Shown: positions 11,890-25,370, counted from the whole stretch's first letter. The stretch: 60,947 nt of DNA, filler included, from Mobula hypostoma (GCF_963921235.1; 5 parts of 3 records of this genome joined end to end with filler, not necessarily neighbours in it); one strand, 5' to 3'. The notes: a model not told the origin generated them from the sequence alone. Program-made: numbers and translations.

Positions 11890-14800
11890 AAGAAACAAGG
11901 TTGGTAGTTTGCCTCCTAGCTGCCAAGGTCCGGGAGTTTCTGATTGCGACCACGATATCCTGAAGCGGGAGGGAGAACAAACAGAGATTGTGGTACATAT
12001 TGGTACCAATAACATAGGTAGGAAGAGGGAGGAGGTCCTGAAAACAGACTACAGGGAGTTAGGAAGGAAGTTGAGAAACAGGACCTCAAAGGTAGTAATC
12101 TCGGGATTACCGCCTTTGCTGTGTGACAGTGAGGGTAGGAATAGAATGAGGTGGAGGATAAATGCGTGGCTGAGGGATTGGAGCAGGGGACAGAGATTTA
12201 GATTTCTGGATCACTGGGACCTCTTTTGGGGCAGGTGTGACCTGTACAAAAAGGACGGGTTGCACTTGAATCCGATGGGGACCAATATCCTGGTGGGGAG
12301 GTTTGCTAAGGAAATTCGGGAGAGTTTAAACTAGAATTGCTGGTGGGTAAGAACTGAACAGAAGAGACAGGGGAAGGGGCGGTTGGCTCACAGATAGAGA
12401 AAGCTTGTGGGCGGTGTAAGAGGGAGGAAAGGCAGGTGATAGAGAAGGTATGCGCACAGACCGATGGTTTGAGATGTGTCTATTTTAATGCAAGGAGTAT
12501 TATGAACAAAGCGGATGAGCTTAAAGAGTGGATCAGTACTTGGAGCTATGATGCTGTGGCCATTAAAGAGACTTGGATGGTTCAGGCAGGAATGATTACT
12601 CAGAGTGCCAGGCTTTAGATAATTCAGAAAGGACAGGGAGGGAAGCAAAAGAGGTGGGTGCGTGGCCCTGCTGATGAGAGATCGTGTCACGGCTGCAGAA
12701 AAGGAGGAAGACATGGAGGGATTGTCTACTGAGTCTCTGTGGGTGAAGTTAGGAACAGGAAGGGGTCAATAACTCTACTGGGTGTTTTTTATAGACCACC
12801 CAATTGTAACAGGGACATCGAGGCGCAGATAGGGAGACAGATTCTGGAAAGGTGTAATAATAACAGGGTTGTCATGGTGAGAGATTTTAATTTCCCAAAT
12901 ATTGATTAGCATATCCCTAGGGCAAGGGGTTCAGATGGGGTGGAGTTTGTTAGGTATGTTCTGGAAGGTTCCTTGACACAATATGTAGATAAGCCTACAA
13001 GAAGAGAGGCTGTACTTGATCTCATATTGGGAAATGAACCTGGTCAGGTGTCAGATCTCTCAGTGGGAGAGCATTTTGGAGATAGTGATCACAATTCTAT
13101 CTCATTTACAATAGCATTGGAGAGGGATAGGAACAGACAAGTTAGGAAAGTGTTTAATTGGAGTAAGGGAAAATATGAGGCTATCAGGCACCAACTTGGA
13201 AGTGTAAATAGGGAACAGATGTTCTCAGGGAAATGTACGGCAGAAATTTGGCAAATGTTCAGGGGATATTTGCGTGAAGTTCTGCATAGGTACATTTCAA
13301 TGAGACAGGGAAAACATGGTAGGGTACAGGTACTTTGGTGTACAAAGGCTGTTGAAAATGCAGTCAAGGAGAAAAGGAATGCTTACGAAAGGTTCAAAAA
13401 ACTAGGTAATTGCAGAGCTCTAGAAGATTATGTCTAGCAGGAAGGAGCTTAAGAATGAAATTCAGAGAACCAGAAGGGGCCATGAGAAGGCTTTGGTGGG
13501 CAGGATTAAGGAAAACCCCAAGGCATTCTACAGGTATGTGAAGAGCAAGAGGATAACACGTGAGAGAATAGGACCAATCAAGTGTGAGAGTGGAAAAGTG
13601 TGTCTGGAACCTAAGGAGATAGCAGAGGTACTTAATGAATACATTGCTTCACGATTCACCACGGAAAAGGATCCTGGTGATTGCAGGGATGACCTACAGA
13701 GGACTGAAAAGCTTGAGCATATAGATATTAAGAAAGAGGATGTGATGGAGCTTTTGGAAAGCATCAAGTTGGATAAGTCTCTGGGACCGGACGAGATGTA
13801 TACAAGGCAACTGTGGGAGGCGAGGGAGGAGATTGTTGAACCTCTGACAATGATGTTTGCATCATCCGTGGGGATGGGAGACGTTCCAAAGGATTGGAGG
13901 GTTGTGGATGTCGTTCCCTTATTCAGGGAAGTGAACAGAGATAGCACTGGAAACTGTAGACCAGTGAGTATTACCTCAGTGGTTGGTAAGTTGATGGAAA
14001 AGATCATGAGAGGCAGGATTTATGAACATTTGGAGAGGCATAATATGATTAGGAATAGTCAGCATGGCTTTGTCAAAGGCAGGCCGTACCTTTCGAGCCT
14101 GGTTGAATTTTTGAGGATGCTACTAAACATATTGATGAGGGTAGAACAGTAGATGTAGTGTATATGGATTTCAGCAAGGCTTTTGATAAGGTTCCCCTTG
14201 CAAGGCTTATTGAGAAAGTAAGAAGGCGTGGGATCCAAGGGGACCTTGCTTTGTGGATCCAGAAATGGCTTGCCCACAGAAGACAAAGAGTGGTTGTAGA
14301 TGGGTCATATTCAGTTTGAGGTCGGTGACCAGTGGTGTGCCTCCGGGATCTGTCCTGGAACCCTTACTCTTCGTGATTTTTATAAATGACCTGGATGAGG
14401 AAGTGGTGGGCCTGTGTTAGTAAATTTGCTGATGACACAAAGGTTGGGGGTGTTGTGGATAGTAGGGAGGGCTGTCAGAGGTTATGGTGGGACATCGATA
14501 GGATACAAAATGAGGCTGAGAAGTGGCAGATGGAGTTCAACCCAGATAAGTGTGATGTGCTTCATTTTGGTTGGTCAAATATGATGGCAGAATATGGTAT
14601 TAATGGTTAGCCTCTTGGCAGTGTGGAGGATCAGAGGGATCTTGGCGTCCGAATCCATATTCCGACTCCAAGGGGGCATACGGGACATTGGCCTTCATCA
14701 ACCGTGCGATTGAGCTTGGGAGCCAAGAGGTAATGTTGCAGCTATATAGGACCCTGGTCAGACCCCACTTGGAGTACTGTGCTCAGTTCTGGTCGCCTCA

Positions 14801-15770
14801 CTACAGGAAGGATGTGGAAACTATAGAAAGGGTGTAGAGGAGATTTAGATTAGATTAGATTATGAGTACACTCAGTCCTCATTTATTGTCATTTAGAAAT
14901 GCATGCATTAAAAAATGATACAATGTTCCTCCAGAAAGATATCACAGAAACACAGGACAATCCAAGATTAAAACTGACAAAACCACATAATTATAACATA
15001 TAGTTACAACAGTGCAAAGCAATACCGTAATTTGATAAAGAGCAGACCATTGGCAGAGTGAAAAAAGTCTCATGTCCCGATAGCCCCATCATCTCACGCA
15101 GACGATAGCAGGGAGAAACTCCCCCTGCCATGAAACTCCAAGCGCCGCAAACTTGCCGATGTATTGGAAGCACCCGACCGCAGCCAACTCTGAGTCCATC
15201 TGAAAACTTCGAGCCTCCGACCAGCCCTCCGACACCGAGCACCAAGCACCATATCTGCCAAGTGCTTCGATCCCGCCCCGGCCGCCGAGCAACAAGCAAA
15301 GTGGAGGAGTCGGGGCTTTCCCCTCCGGAGATTCCGGACCACACAGTAGTAGCGACAGCGAAACAGGCATTTCAGAAGATTTAGAAGTGTTTTGCCTGGA
15401 TTGGGAAGCATGCTTTATGAGAATAGGTTGAGTGAACTTGGCCTTTTCTCCTTGGAGTGACAGAGGATAAGAGATGACCTGATAAAGCTGTGTAAGATGA
15501 GGAGAAGCATTGATCATGTGGATAGTCAGTGGCTTTTTCCCAGGGCTAAAATGGCTAACGTGAAAGGGCACAATTTTAAGGTGCTTGAAAGTAGGTACAG
15601 AGGAGATGTCAGGGATAAGTTTTTTATGCAGATAGTGGTGAGTGCACGGAATAAGCTGCTGGTGACGGTGGTAGAGGTGGATACAATAAGGTCTTTTAAG
15701 AGACTCCTGGATAGGTACATGGAGCTTAGAAATATAGAGGGCTGTGGGTAATCCTACATAATTTGTAACG
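11890..15770 (+). mobile_element. Degenerate near-full-length CR1 LINE (ORF1 esterase, ORF2 APE + RT), interrupted at about 14850-15385
   Basis: ORF1 SGNH-like VVHIGTNNIGRK...DGLHLN (11909-12334). Endonuclease CVYFNARSI and GDSDHN. RT RPVSITSVVGK, SQHGF and FADDTK. Many stops and frameshifts. Confidence 0.9.
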
Positions 15771-16542
15771 TAAGTACATGTTCGGCACAGCATTGTAGGC
15801 CGAAGGGCCTGTATTGTGCTGTGGGTTTTCTATTCTATGTTTCTTTGTTTCTCTCTTTGCTACTGACTCAATCTTCAAGTTAACCTCTAGGAAATACTGC
15901 ACCAGGACTCCAAAGCCCCCTTGAACCTCTAATTTCAGAATTCACTCCCTGTTTAGAAAATAGTCTATGCTTTTATTCCTTCTGCCAAAGTGAATGATCA
16001 TCCAGTTTCATACATTGTATTCTACCAAACATTCCTTTGCCTATTCTCCTGAGTCCTGCGGACTCCCTATTTCCTCGTATTCTCCTACCTTTGTATCATT
16101 TGCAAATTTAGCCACAAAGCGTTCATTTCCATCATCCAACTCATTGACATATATTGTGAAAAGAATCAGTCCCAATACCAGCCCCTGGGGAACAGCACTG
16201 GTCTCCGGCAGGTAAACAGCCATAGCCCTCTTCATCCTTTTACTTTGCCTCCTGCCAGTCAGCCAATTTTCTAACCATGCTAGTATCTTTCCTGTAATAC
16301 CATGGGCTCTTATCCTGTTAAGCAGCCTCATGTACAGCATCTTGTCAAAGACCTGCTAAAAACCAACATAAACAACATTAATTGACTCTCCCTTGTCTAT
16401 CCTGTCTGTTATTTCATCAACGAATTCGAACAGTTTTATCTGGAGATTTCCCTTTCTGTAAACCATGGTGACTTCAGCCTATTGTAACAGATGTGGATAA
16501 ATCAAGAGGTAAATCATCTGCTGAGGACTAGATCTGTGGCAT

Positions 16543-17266
16543 TTAACCCTTACATACTGTTCGGGTCAAATTTGACCTGTTTTGACATTTGGTTAAAGTC
16601 TGTCGTGAGCCTTGTGGCCCATCAGACCGGTGCTTATGCCGGTTTCTGTGGCGTGAAGTGACAGAGAGTATGGGACTACGCCCCCCACCCCCGGATAGAA
16701 TGCCAATCTATCACGAGGTTAACCCCCAGCATTTTTGCCAGCATCCATTCTCAGCTGGGTAGACTGGAGCATTGTGTGGTTAATTGGCTTGCTCAAGGGC
16801 ACACATGCTGCCTCGGCTGAGGCTCGAACTCGTCCAACAGTTTGCTCAGATCGCTAGTCCAACGCCCTAACCACTTGTCCATGCGCCACACGTTTTGCAT
16901 TTGATAGCAGTAAAAACTTGCTACATCCCATTTTTTTGACGAAATTTGATGACTTTTCCTAAAGTGACCCAAAATGCACAAAAATGAAAGTATTTTAAAA
17001 TTTTATACTTTTGTACAGATGCTACAAATTTTTATACATTAAGGCTGTTCTGGGTCAAATTTGACACGTATCTATTGAAATGGATTTTAGATCTCTGAAA
17101 CATTAATTAAGGATTAATCGCCCATTTATTAATATCAGATAGGCTATTTATACATTCTAAATAGATCTGTTGTTCAAAATTTGGTATAGACGCTTGTTGC
17201 GAGGGGATTCTTGGGCCAGGTCAAACTTGACCCAGACCATACTGTGAAGGTATAGAATATGAACAG
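16543..17266. mobile_element. piggyBac-like non-autonomous DNA transposon (MITE), right TIR truncated, with nested SINE
   Basis: Left end TTAA-CCCTTACATACTGTTC and repeated GGGTCAAA(T/C)TTGAC palindromes. The right end stops at GAACAG, a partial reverse complement of the left TIR. Confidence 0.5.
16600..16891 (-). mobile_element. tRNA-derived SINE inserted in the MITE
   Basis: Minus-strand head GTGTGGCGCATGGACAAGTGG (A box) ... GAGTTCGAGCC (B box), followed by a CCTTGAGCAAG core. Confidence 0.65.
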
Positions 17267-17279
17267 GTTGCCTGGTTTA

Positions 17280-18880
17280 AGTCTGGTGACCCAGGTCTGT
17301 ACAAGGAAAACAGGGATGACCTGCAGAGGGCTATTTCAAGAGTGAAGAGACAATTCTGAGGGAGTTTGGAGGCGATATTGGATGTACGTCAACTCTGGCA
17401 GGGTTTGCAAGACACTACTTCCTCCAAAATGAAACCAAATAGCATGAATGACAGCGATGCTTCACAAGCAGATGAGATCAACGCCTTCTATGCCTGCTTT
17501 GAAAGGCAGAATGTAACAGGGGCTGTGAAGGTCCTGCACCCGGTGACTTTGTGATCTCTGTCTCGGGGGCCGACTGTAGGCTGTCTTTAAAGAGGGTGAA
17601 CCTCACAAAGCATCTCATCATTGTGGATGTAAGTGCTACTGGGAGATAGACATTGAGGCAGATCTTCATGTTCTTCTTAGGCAATGGTATAATTGAAGAG
17701 TTTTTGAAGCAGGTGGGTGGGTACCTCAGAATGCCAAAGCAAGAGATTATATAAAATGCCCTTGAACAGAAAATCCTGCAAAAAGTTGTGAATACAACTT
17801 GGGTCATGGGTAAAGCATTCCCTATCATTGATCACATCTGCATGTAACACTGTTGCAGGAAAACAGCATCCATCATCAGAAAACCCAACCAACTAGGGCA
17901 GGCTTTCTTCTCACTGCTGTCATCAGAACTAACACCACTAGGTTCAGGAACAGTTACTATGCCTCAACCATCAGGCACTTGAACCAAAATGGATAAATTT
18001 ATTTTACTTCACAACTTCACTTGCACAATCATTGAAACGTTCCAACACAAATGTACTCACTTTGAAGAACTCGTTACCTCATCTTCTCAATATCTATTTA
18101 TTATTTTTATTTCTTCTTTTGTATTTTCAGTTTGTTGTCTTCTGCACTCTGGTTGGACACCCTAGTTGACAGATCTTTTACTGATTCTGTTATAGTTAGT
18201 ATTTTATATTATTTGACATTAAGTGTGCCCACAAGAAAATTAATCTCAGGGTTGTAAATGTACTTTGATAATAAATTCACTTTGAACTTTGAACTTTGAA
18301 CACTTCAGGTAGTTGCTGGGCCTAAGTCTTTGGTACTTGGCCAGTACCCCGTCTGGGATGAATGCTTTTCGTGGGTTCACCCTACTGAAGGTTGCTTCCA
18401 CATTGGCCTTGGAGATGGAGATCATGGTCATCAGAGGCTGTGCGAGGTCATGATGGTTACTCCATGTTTTGACAGTTAAAGCCAGGAAATAGACATTAAG
18501 CTAAACTGGAAACAAAACCCTGATCTCGCCTGTTTTGTTCAATTTAACTTTATAAGAGGTGAGTTTATTCAAGCCCTGTCACAATTGTTGAGCATCTTTC
18601 ATTGATTTAAGTTTAGTCCAGATTTGCCACTTTGACCTTGAGATGGCTTTCTGGAGATCATACCAGGACCTCTGATAGCTTTCTCGTTCACCAGACCTGA
18701 ATGCATCTGATCTGGCTCCCAGCAGATTGTGGATCTCATGATTCATCCAGGGTTTCTGACTGGGGAAGACTCTAAATGACTTTGTGGGCGCACACTCATC
18801 TACAACTGTTTTAATAAAGTCCGTGACAACCATGGTGAATCACTCAGATCCACAGAAGAGTCTTTGAACATGGCCCATAG
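17280..18880. mobile_element. Rex1/L2-like LINE fragments in both orientations
   Basis: Degenerate RT N-terminal peptides (LWQGLQDTTS.K, NAFYACFE, PVALTSTMM) and the recurrent 3' UTR 'gcatccatcatcaga...aggttcaggaacagttact'. Confidence 0.6.
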
Positions 18881-19729
18881 CTGCTCCTGTACCTCCCACA
18901 ACCTGATGGCCTAATCTCTGGAGTTTCATTCATGAACCTGTCTACATACGGGTGGGAGAAGGATAGCCAAGTGATCAGATTTACCCAGATATGGCCTGGA
19001 CATGGAACGGTAGGCATTCCTTACCTAACCTCTCCCTTCAATGCACCCAGTGATCTGGCATCCACAGCCGCTCATGGCAACAAATTCCACAGATGTACCA
19101 CTCTCTGACTAAAATATTTTCTCTGCATCTCTGTTCTAAATAGACATCCTTCAATCCTGAAGTCGTGCCCTCTTGTCCTAGACTTCCCTACCGTGGGAAA
19201 TAATTTTGTCATATCTAATCTGTTCAGCCATTTTAACATTCAGAATGTTTCTATGAGATCCCCCCTCATTCTCCTGAACTCCAGGGAATACAGCCCAAGA
19301 GCTGCCAGACGTTCCTCATACAGTAACCCTTTCATTCCTGGAATCATTCTTGTGAATCTTCTCTGATCCCTCTCCAATGTCAGTATATCCTTTCTAAAAT
19401 AAGGAGCCAAAAACTGCACACAATACTCTAAGTGTGGTCTCACGAGTGCCTTATAGAGCCTCAACATCACATCCCCACTCTTATATTCTATACCTCTAGA
19501 AATGAATGCCAACATTGCATTCACCTTCTGCACCATCAACTCAACCTGGAGGTTAACCTTTAGGGTATCCTACATGAGGTCTCCCAGGTCCCTTTTCATA
19601 TCTGCATTTTGAATTCTCTCCCCATCTAAATTATAGTCTGCCCATTTATTTCTTCCACTAAAGTGCAGAACCATACACTTTCCAACATTGTATTTCATTT
19701 GTTACAACTTTCATTTGAAGGTTGTAATA

Positions 19730-20490
19730 ATTGTGGATCACAGTCAACTGCAATAAGAGTGAGACGATGTTCTTCAGCAACGTACATAACCAACCAATAT
19801 CCTCTTCACTGTCAGGTCTGACTACCAGAAGTTGCTGCAGATCATGTTCAGAGACCAAGGCATGTCATCAAGTATTGGCTCAAATGGAAAGGAAAGATCA
19901 AACAAAAACTACGTTTGTGGAAATGGTGCTCCCTCTCAGTATCTGGGAAGAACTTGGTCATCAAGTCTGACTTGCTCTCAAGACTGCTGTACTTAGTGTA
20001 GGTATAGATTGTCCTCCACTTTTCTGCCTTGGGAATTACCCAGCCCATCTTGCAATTCCCCTGGGGACTGAAGATGGAATGAATCTAACATGTCAGGATG
20101 AGTGAGTGCCTGGACACAAGTGTAATGGACGTAGTTCCTATCCTGATAACCTTCTTTGTGTGTGGCTGAATCAGGCTGTGTGTGGCACCAAGTGTCACTT
20201 CATGCTAATGTTCTACCTGTTCCTGGTGTTGCGGTAGATAGGCCTGGTCATATCGCTGTACTGTGTCCCAGTTAACTGGACATTGCCGTAATACCTGTCC
20301 TTCATGGGGAAATTCATGCACGCAAAGACTGATGATGACAAGTCCATCAGGCAGTGGTCAGCACAGAATGCCAAGCAGACACTGTGGGACAGGGGCCCTA
20401 TGGATACCGTGAAGTGGCTCCCTAAGCAAACTGTACAAAGTATCTGTGAGGTGAGAATAGTTTTGAGCCCTAATCTTAAAGGCCCCTAAA
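19730..20490 (+). mobile_element. Tx1-clade LINE remnant
   Basis: Degenerate LSIWGKNLVIKSDLLSRLLY-like and SIRQWSAQN peptides typical of vertebrate Tx1 ORF2. Confidence 0.55.
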
Positions 20491-21872
20491 TGGACATGCT
20501 GGCATTGGAAAGGGTCGTGAGGGGGTTCGTGAGAATGATCCTGGGAATGAAAGGATTAATATATGAGGAGCATTTGATAATTCAGGGCCTTTACTCACTG
20601 GAGTTTAGAATACACCTTGCTTAAGACAAGTTTCGATAGATTTTTGGATAGTAGGGGAATTGAGGGTTCAGGGGAAAAGGCAGGTAGGTGGAGATGAGTC
20701 TGTGGCCGGATCAGCCATGATCTTATTGAATGGTGGAGCAGGCTCGACGGGCCAGATGGCCGACTCCTGCTCCTATTTCTTATGTTCTTATAATGATGGA
20801 GAATCGCATTGAAACCGATCGAAAATTGAAAGGCCTAGATAGAATGGATGAGGAGAAGACATTTCCTACAGTGGGAAGTTCTAAGAGCTGAGGCCAGAGC
20901 CTCAGAATAGAAGGACATCTATTGAGAGCAGAGATGAGGAGGAATTTCTTTAGCTAGATGGTAGTGAATCATTGGCACAAACAGCTGTCGAGGCTAAGTC
21001 ACAGGATATGTTTAAAGCAGAGGCTGACAGGTTCTAGACTAAGTAAAGGCATGAAAGGTTACAGGAAAAAGGCAAAAAAATATGGGGTATTGAGGCCCAG
21101 GTCTTACATCTCACTTTAAGGACAATTTATCTTGTCTTTTCATGTTCTTGTTATTTATTGCTATGTATTTATATTTATATTTATATTTGCATTTGCATAG
21201 TTTGTTGTCTTCTATATTCTTGCTCTTTTGTTGTTCCTGTCTACAGTCACTATTCTAGAGATTTGTTAACTATGCCCGCAGCAAAAAGAGTCTCAGGGTT
21301 GTATATGGTGACGTGTACTGTATGTAATCTGACTGTAAATTTTACTTTGAACTTTGAAGATATGTTGACAGAGACCATCTGAAAGAAAGAGAGATAAACA
21401 CACACAGACAGACTAAGAGGGACAGACAGATAATGACAGACAGGGACAGAGAGGGTATTCGACAAACTTTGAAAGAGACAAATTGGGAGGGAAAACAAGA
21501 CTGAAAGGCAGACGTGGAAAGGCTGAGAGATGCAGAGAAATTGAGAGGATGGCAGACACACAGCAACTGGCAGAGACAGTTTAATTCAGAGGGAGAGTCA
21601 ACGAGTCCATGAGAAGGAAAGAGAGATGAGGAAAGACAGACAGAGTGAGAGGTGCACAAAAGAGATTGAAAGGCATTGGCTCCACGTAAAGAAAAGTGAA
21701 GCAAATTGAGGCAGAGAAAGACTGGAAGAAGTTAGTGCAAAGTGCTTCATCACTTGACGTGTTCTTTGTCATATACAGAACACTCCGCCTATCACACATG
21801 AGTTTAAAGAAGTCATTTCCTGTTCTTTATGCTGTTCCTTTGAACTTCACAACACTGAAATACAACTTCAAG

Positions 21873-21939
21873 ATGCTGAAGTTCATCGTGATGAGTGTCC
21901 TCTGCCTGGTCTCCACCTCTCTCTTTAGCACCTATGCGG
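21873..21939 (+). CDS. Signal-peptide (leader) exon MLKFIVMSVLCLVSTSLFSTYA, phase 1; partner exon probably runs into the gap at 23830
   Basis: Kozak aagATG, 22-aa signal peptide ending T-Y-A, strong donor G|GTAAG. A strong acceptor lies at 23820/23821. Confidence 0.6.
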
Positions 21940-22460
21940 GTAAGGTCAGATTGTAAAAGCTGTTCTGTTTATAGATGTGTGTCAGCCGTGTCTTGGTTTT
22001 CAGTGTATGTAACTTTATCTCAGTCCATTGTCACCACTCCTTGTCTCTCTCTGCTAGTCCGTACTCTGCCCAGCTGAGTCCCAAAGATAAACCATACTCT
22101 TCCCTTGCTCGGTCCTCTTTCAGTAATTGTTCTTATTTATTTTTTTGTTAAGAATCAGCACGGAATAGGTCCTCCTGTCCCTTCAGGCTGCCCTGCAAAC
22201 CCTCGCCTGATCATGGAACAATTTACAGCGACCAACTGATCGATAGATCGTCGGACTATGGGAGCAAACCAGAGCACCCAAAGGAAACCCACGAGGTCAT
22301 GGGGAGAACGTATGGGGAGAGTGGCCTGATACAGTCTATCTACTTAATCTCTCTGAGTATATACAGTACATATGTCTGTGAATGCTTCCTTGCTCTCCTT
22401 CCCTCTCTTTAACTCTGCCACTATCTCTGCTTGTTGCTTGACACAACAGTCTTGGAGATT

Positions 22461-23432
22461 AAATGACTTGGATGAGGGAATTAAATGCAGCATCTCCAAG
22501 TTTGCGGATGACACGAAGCTGGGTGGCAGTGTTAGCAGTGAGGAGGATGCTAAGAGGATGCAGGGTGACTTGGATAGGTTGGGTGAGTGGGCAAACTCGT
22601 GGCAGATGCAATTTAATGTGGATAAATGTGAAGTTATCCACTTTGGTGGCAAAAATAGGAAAACAGATTATTATCTGAATGGTGGCCGATTAGGAAAAGG
22701 GGAGGTGCAACGAGACCTGGGTGTCATTATACACCAGTCATTGAAAGTGGGCATGCAGGTACAGCAGGCGGTGAAAAAGGCGAACGGTATGCTGGCATTT
22801 ATAGAGAGAGGATTCGAGTACAGGAGCAGGGAGGTACTACTGCAGTTGTACAAGGCCTTGGTGAGACCACACCTGGAGTATTGTGTGCAGTTTTGGTCCC
22901 CTAATCTGAGGAAAGACATCTTTGCCATAGAGGGAGTACAAAGAAGGTTCACCAGATTGATTCCTGGGATGGCAGGTCTTTCATATGAAGAAAGACTGGA
23001 TGAACTGGGCTTGTACTCGTTGGAATTTAGAAGATTGAGGGGGGATCTGATTGAAACGTATAAGATCCTAAAGGGATTGGACAGGCTAGATGCGGGAAGA
23101 TTGTTCCCGATGTTGGGGAGGTCCAGAACGAGGGGTCACAGTTTGAGGATAGAGGGGAAGCCTTTTAGGACCGAGGTTAGGAAAAACTTCTTCACACAGA
23201 GAGTGGTGAATCTGTGGAATTCTCTGCCACAGCAAACTGTTGAGGCCAGTTCATTAGCTATGTTTAAAAGGAAGTTAGATATGGCCCTTGTGGCTACAGG
23301 GGTCAGGGGGTATGGAGGGAAGGCTGGGTTCTGAGTTGGATGATCAGCCATGATCATAATAAATGGCGGTGCAGGCTCGAAGGGCCGAATGGCCTACTCC
23401 TGCACCTATTTTCTATGTTTCTATGTTTCTAT
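22461..23432 (+). mobile_element. Young 5'-truncated CR1 LINE (RT C-terminus intact) with (TTTCTATG)n tail
   Basis: Uninterrupted ORF 22372-23334 with FADDTK, YKALVRPHLEYC and RVVNLWNSLP, followed by the CR1 octamer tail. Confidence 0.95.
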
Positions 23433-23490
23433 TATATAGTCTTACCCTTTATCTCCCCAACTCCTGCCCCCGTCTCTCACTCTGTCCCTA

Positions 23491-23521
<31 letters not shown>

Positions 23522-23829
23522 GTCTCGCTCTCCCCCATTCCCCTCAGCTCAATCCCTCCGAGCTCTGTCTTGATATCTGGAGTCCGGCACTATTTTTGGC
23601 TTCACATGCTTATTGCTCACCAGATGCACCCTGAGCCTCAACCACTTCCTCCCAGCATCTGATGCAGTGTTTGACCAAACACGCTACTACTGAGAATTAG
23701 CTTGTCAGGCAATGACATCGGCTCCCCCCGCCACGTAGCCTGGGCACATTCAGATTCAATAGTTTTTTCATTAATAACATTAACAGACCCTATTTTCTGC
23801 CCCTCATTCTGCTTCTACAGAACATCATG

Positions 23830-23929
23830 NNNNNNNNNNNNNNNNNNNNNNNNNNNNNNNNNNNNNNNNNNNNTTAATTAATTAANNNNNNNNNNNNNNN
23901 NNNNNNNNNNNNNNNNNNNNNNNNNNNNN
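23830..23929. other. Artificial assembly spacer (44 N + TTAATTAATTAA + 44 N)
   Basis: The identical 100-nt construct occurs four times. TTAATTAATTAA gives stops in all six frames. Confidence 0.95.
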
Positions 23930-24429
23930 ATTGCGATCGGGTTTGCATTATACATACAAACTAAAGTGTAGGACAGGAATAAATAAGGGAAGTGAACTTA
24001 CATTAGTTGTGCATATAGTGCGGCTTATTTGAATTTATATTGAATTTGTGTTATAATCCCGCTACTTAAGTAATTATATCATAACAATTCTAGTTGTATT
24101 TGCCGTAATGATTCAAAGAGGAATGGAGGGTGGAGTGTAAGGATACAGTAAAAGGTGATTCCTCCTTGGTATATGATAAATTAAGATGAAATTCTGTAAG
24201 ACTGTTAACGTGGAGCGGGATTGTTCTGAGAAAGTACGAGAGAACCTGTCCACAGCAATGTTTTGAGAAACCCAAAGGAGAACAAGTCTGCAGCCAGCAT
24301 AGTGGATAATGGTGAGGAACATGTTTGCCTGGAAGGTGAGGTCATTGTGCAGGTGCAGGTACCGAATACATGGGAAAGTACTACTGTAAAGTGGGGGGGG
24401 GGGAGGGAGGGAGGGAGAGAGAGAGAGAG

Positions 24430-25370
24430 TGAGACATAGAAACATAGAACATAGAAATATAGAAAGCCTACAGCACAATACAGGACCTTCGGCCCACAAA
24501 GCTATGCTGAAAATGTACTTACGTTAGAAATTACCTAGGGTTACCCATAGCCCTCTATTTTTCTAAGCTCCATGTACCCATCCAGGAGTCTCTTAAAAGA
24601 CCCTATTGTACCCACCTCCACCACCGTTGCCAGCAGCACATTCCAGCCATTCACCACCTCCTGCATAAAAAACTTACCCCTGACATTTCCTCTGTACCTA
24701 CTTCCAAGCACCCTAAAACAACGCCCTCTCATGTTAGCCATTTCAGCCCTGGGAAAAGCCTCTGACTATCCACATGATCAATGCCTCTCATCATCTTATA
24801 CACCTCTATCAAGTCACCTCTCATCCTCTGTCGCTCCAAGGAGAAAAGGCCAAGTTCACTCAACTTATTCTCATAAGGCATGTTCCCCAATCCAGGCAAC
24901 ATCCTTGTAAATCTCCTCTGCATCTTTTCTATAGTTTCCACATCCTTCCGGTAGTGAGGTGACCAGAACTGAGCACAGTACTCCAAGTGGGGTCTGACCA
25001 GCTGTAACATTACCTCTCGGCTCTTGAATTCAATCCTACAGTTGATGAAGGCCAATGCACCGTATGCCTTCTTAACCACAGAGTCAACTTGCTCAGCAGC
25101 TTTGAGTGTCCTATGGACTCAGACCCCAAGATCCCTCTGATCCTCCACACTGCCAAGAGTCTTACCATTAATACCATATTCTGCCATCATATTTGACCTA
25201 CCAACATGAATCACCTCATACTTATCTGGGTTTAACTCCACCCGCCACTTCTCAGCCCAGTTTTGCATCCTATCGATATCCTGTTCTAACCTCTGACAGC
25301 CCTCCACACTATCCACAACACCCCCAACCTTTGTGTCATCAGCAAATTTACTGACCCATCCCTCCACAGT
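24430..25370 (-). mobile_element. CR1 LINE 3' fragment
   Basis: Minus-strand ORFs with FADDTKVGG and VRPHLEYC; (ACATAGAA)n tail on the plus strand. Confidence 0.85.

Noticed and set aside
21873-21939. Using this exon as the main leader of the V exon
   Set aside because: A closer leader on the same contig (29920-29956) gives a better 17-aa signal peptide. This exon is complete by itself and has its own acceptor at 23821.
23874-23885. TTAATTAATTAA as a biological palindrome
   Set aside because: It is centred identically in four N-runs and is an assembly linker.
24113-24420. V-like motifs (minus DRFSRTFSEQSRSTLTV; plus GKYYCKV)
   Set aside because: There is no correctly spaced Cys-Trp-Cys framework in any frame, and stops intervene. 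Likely chance.
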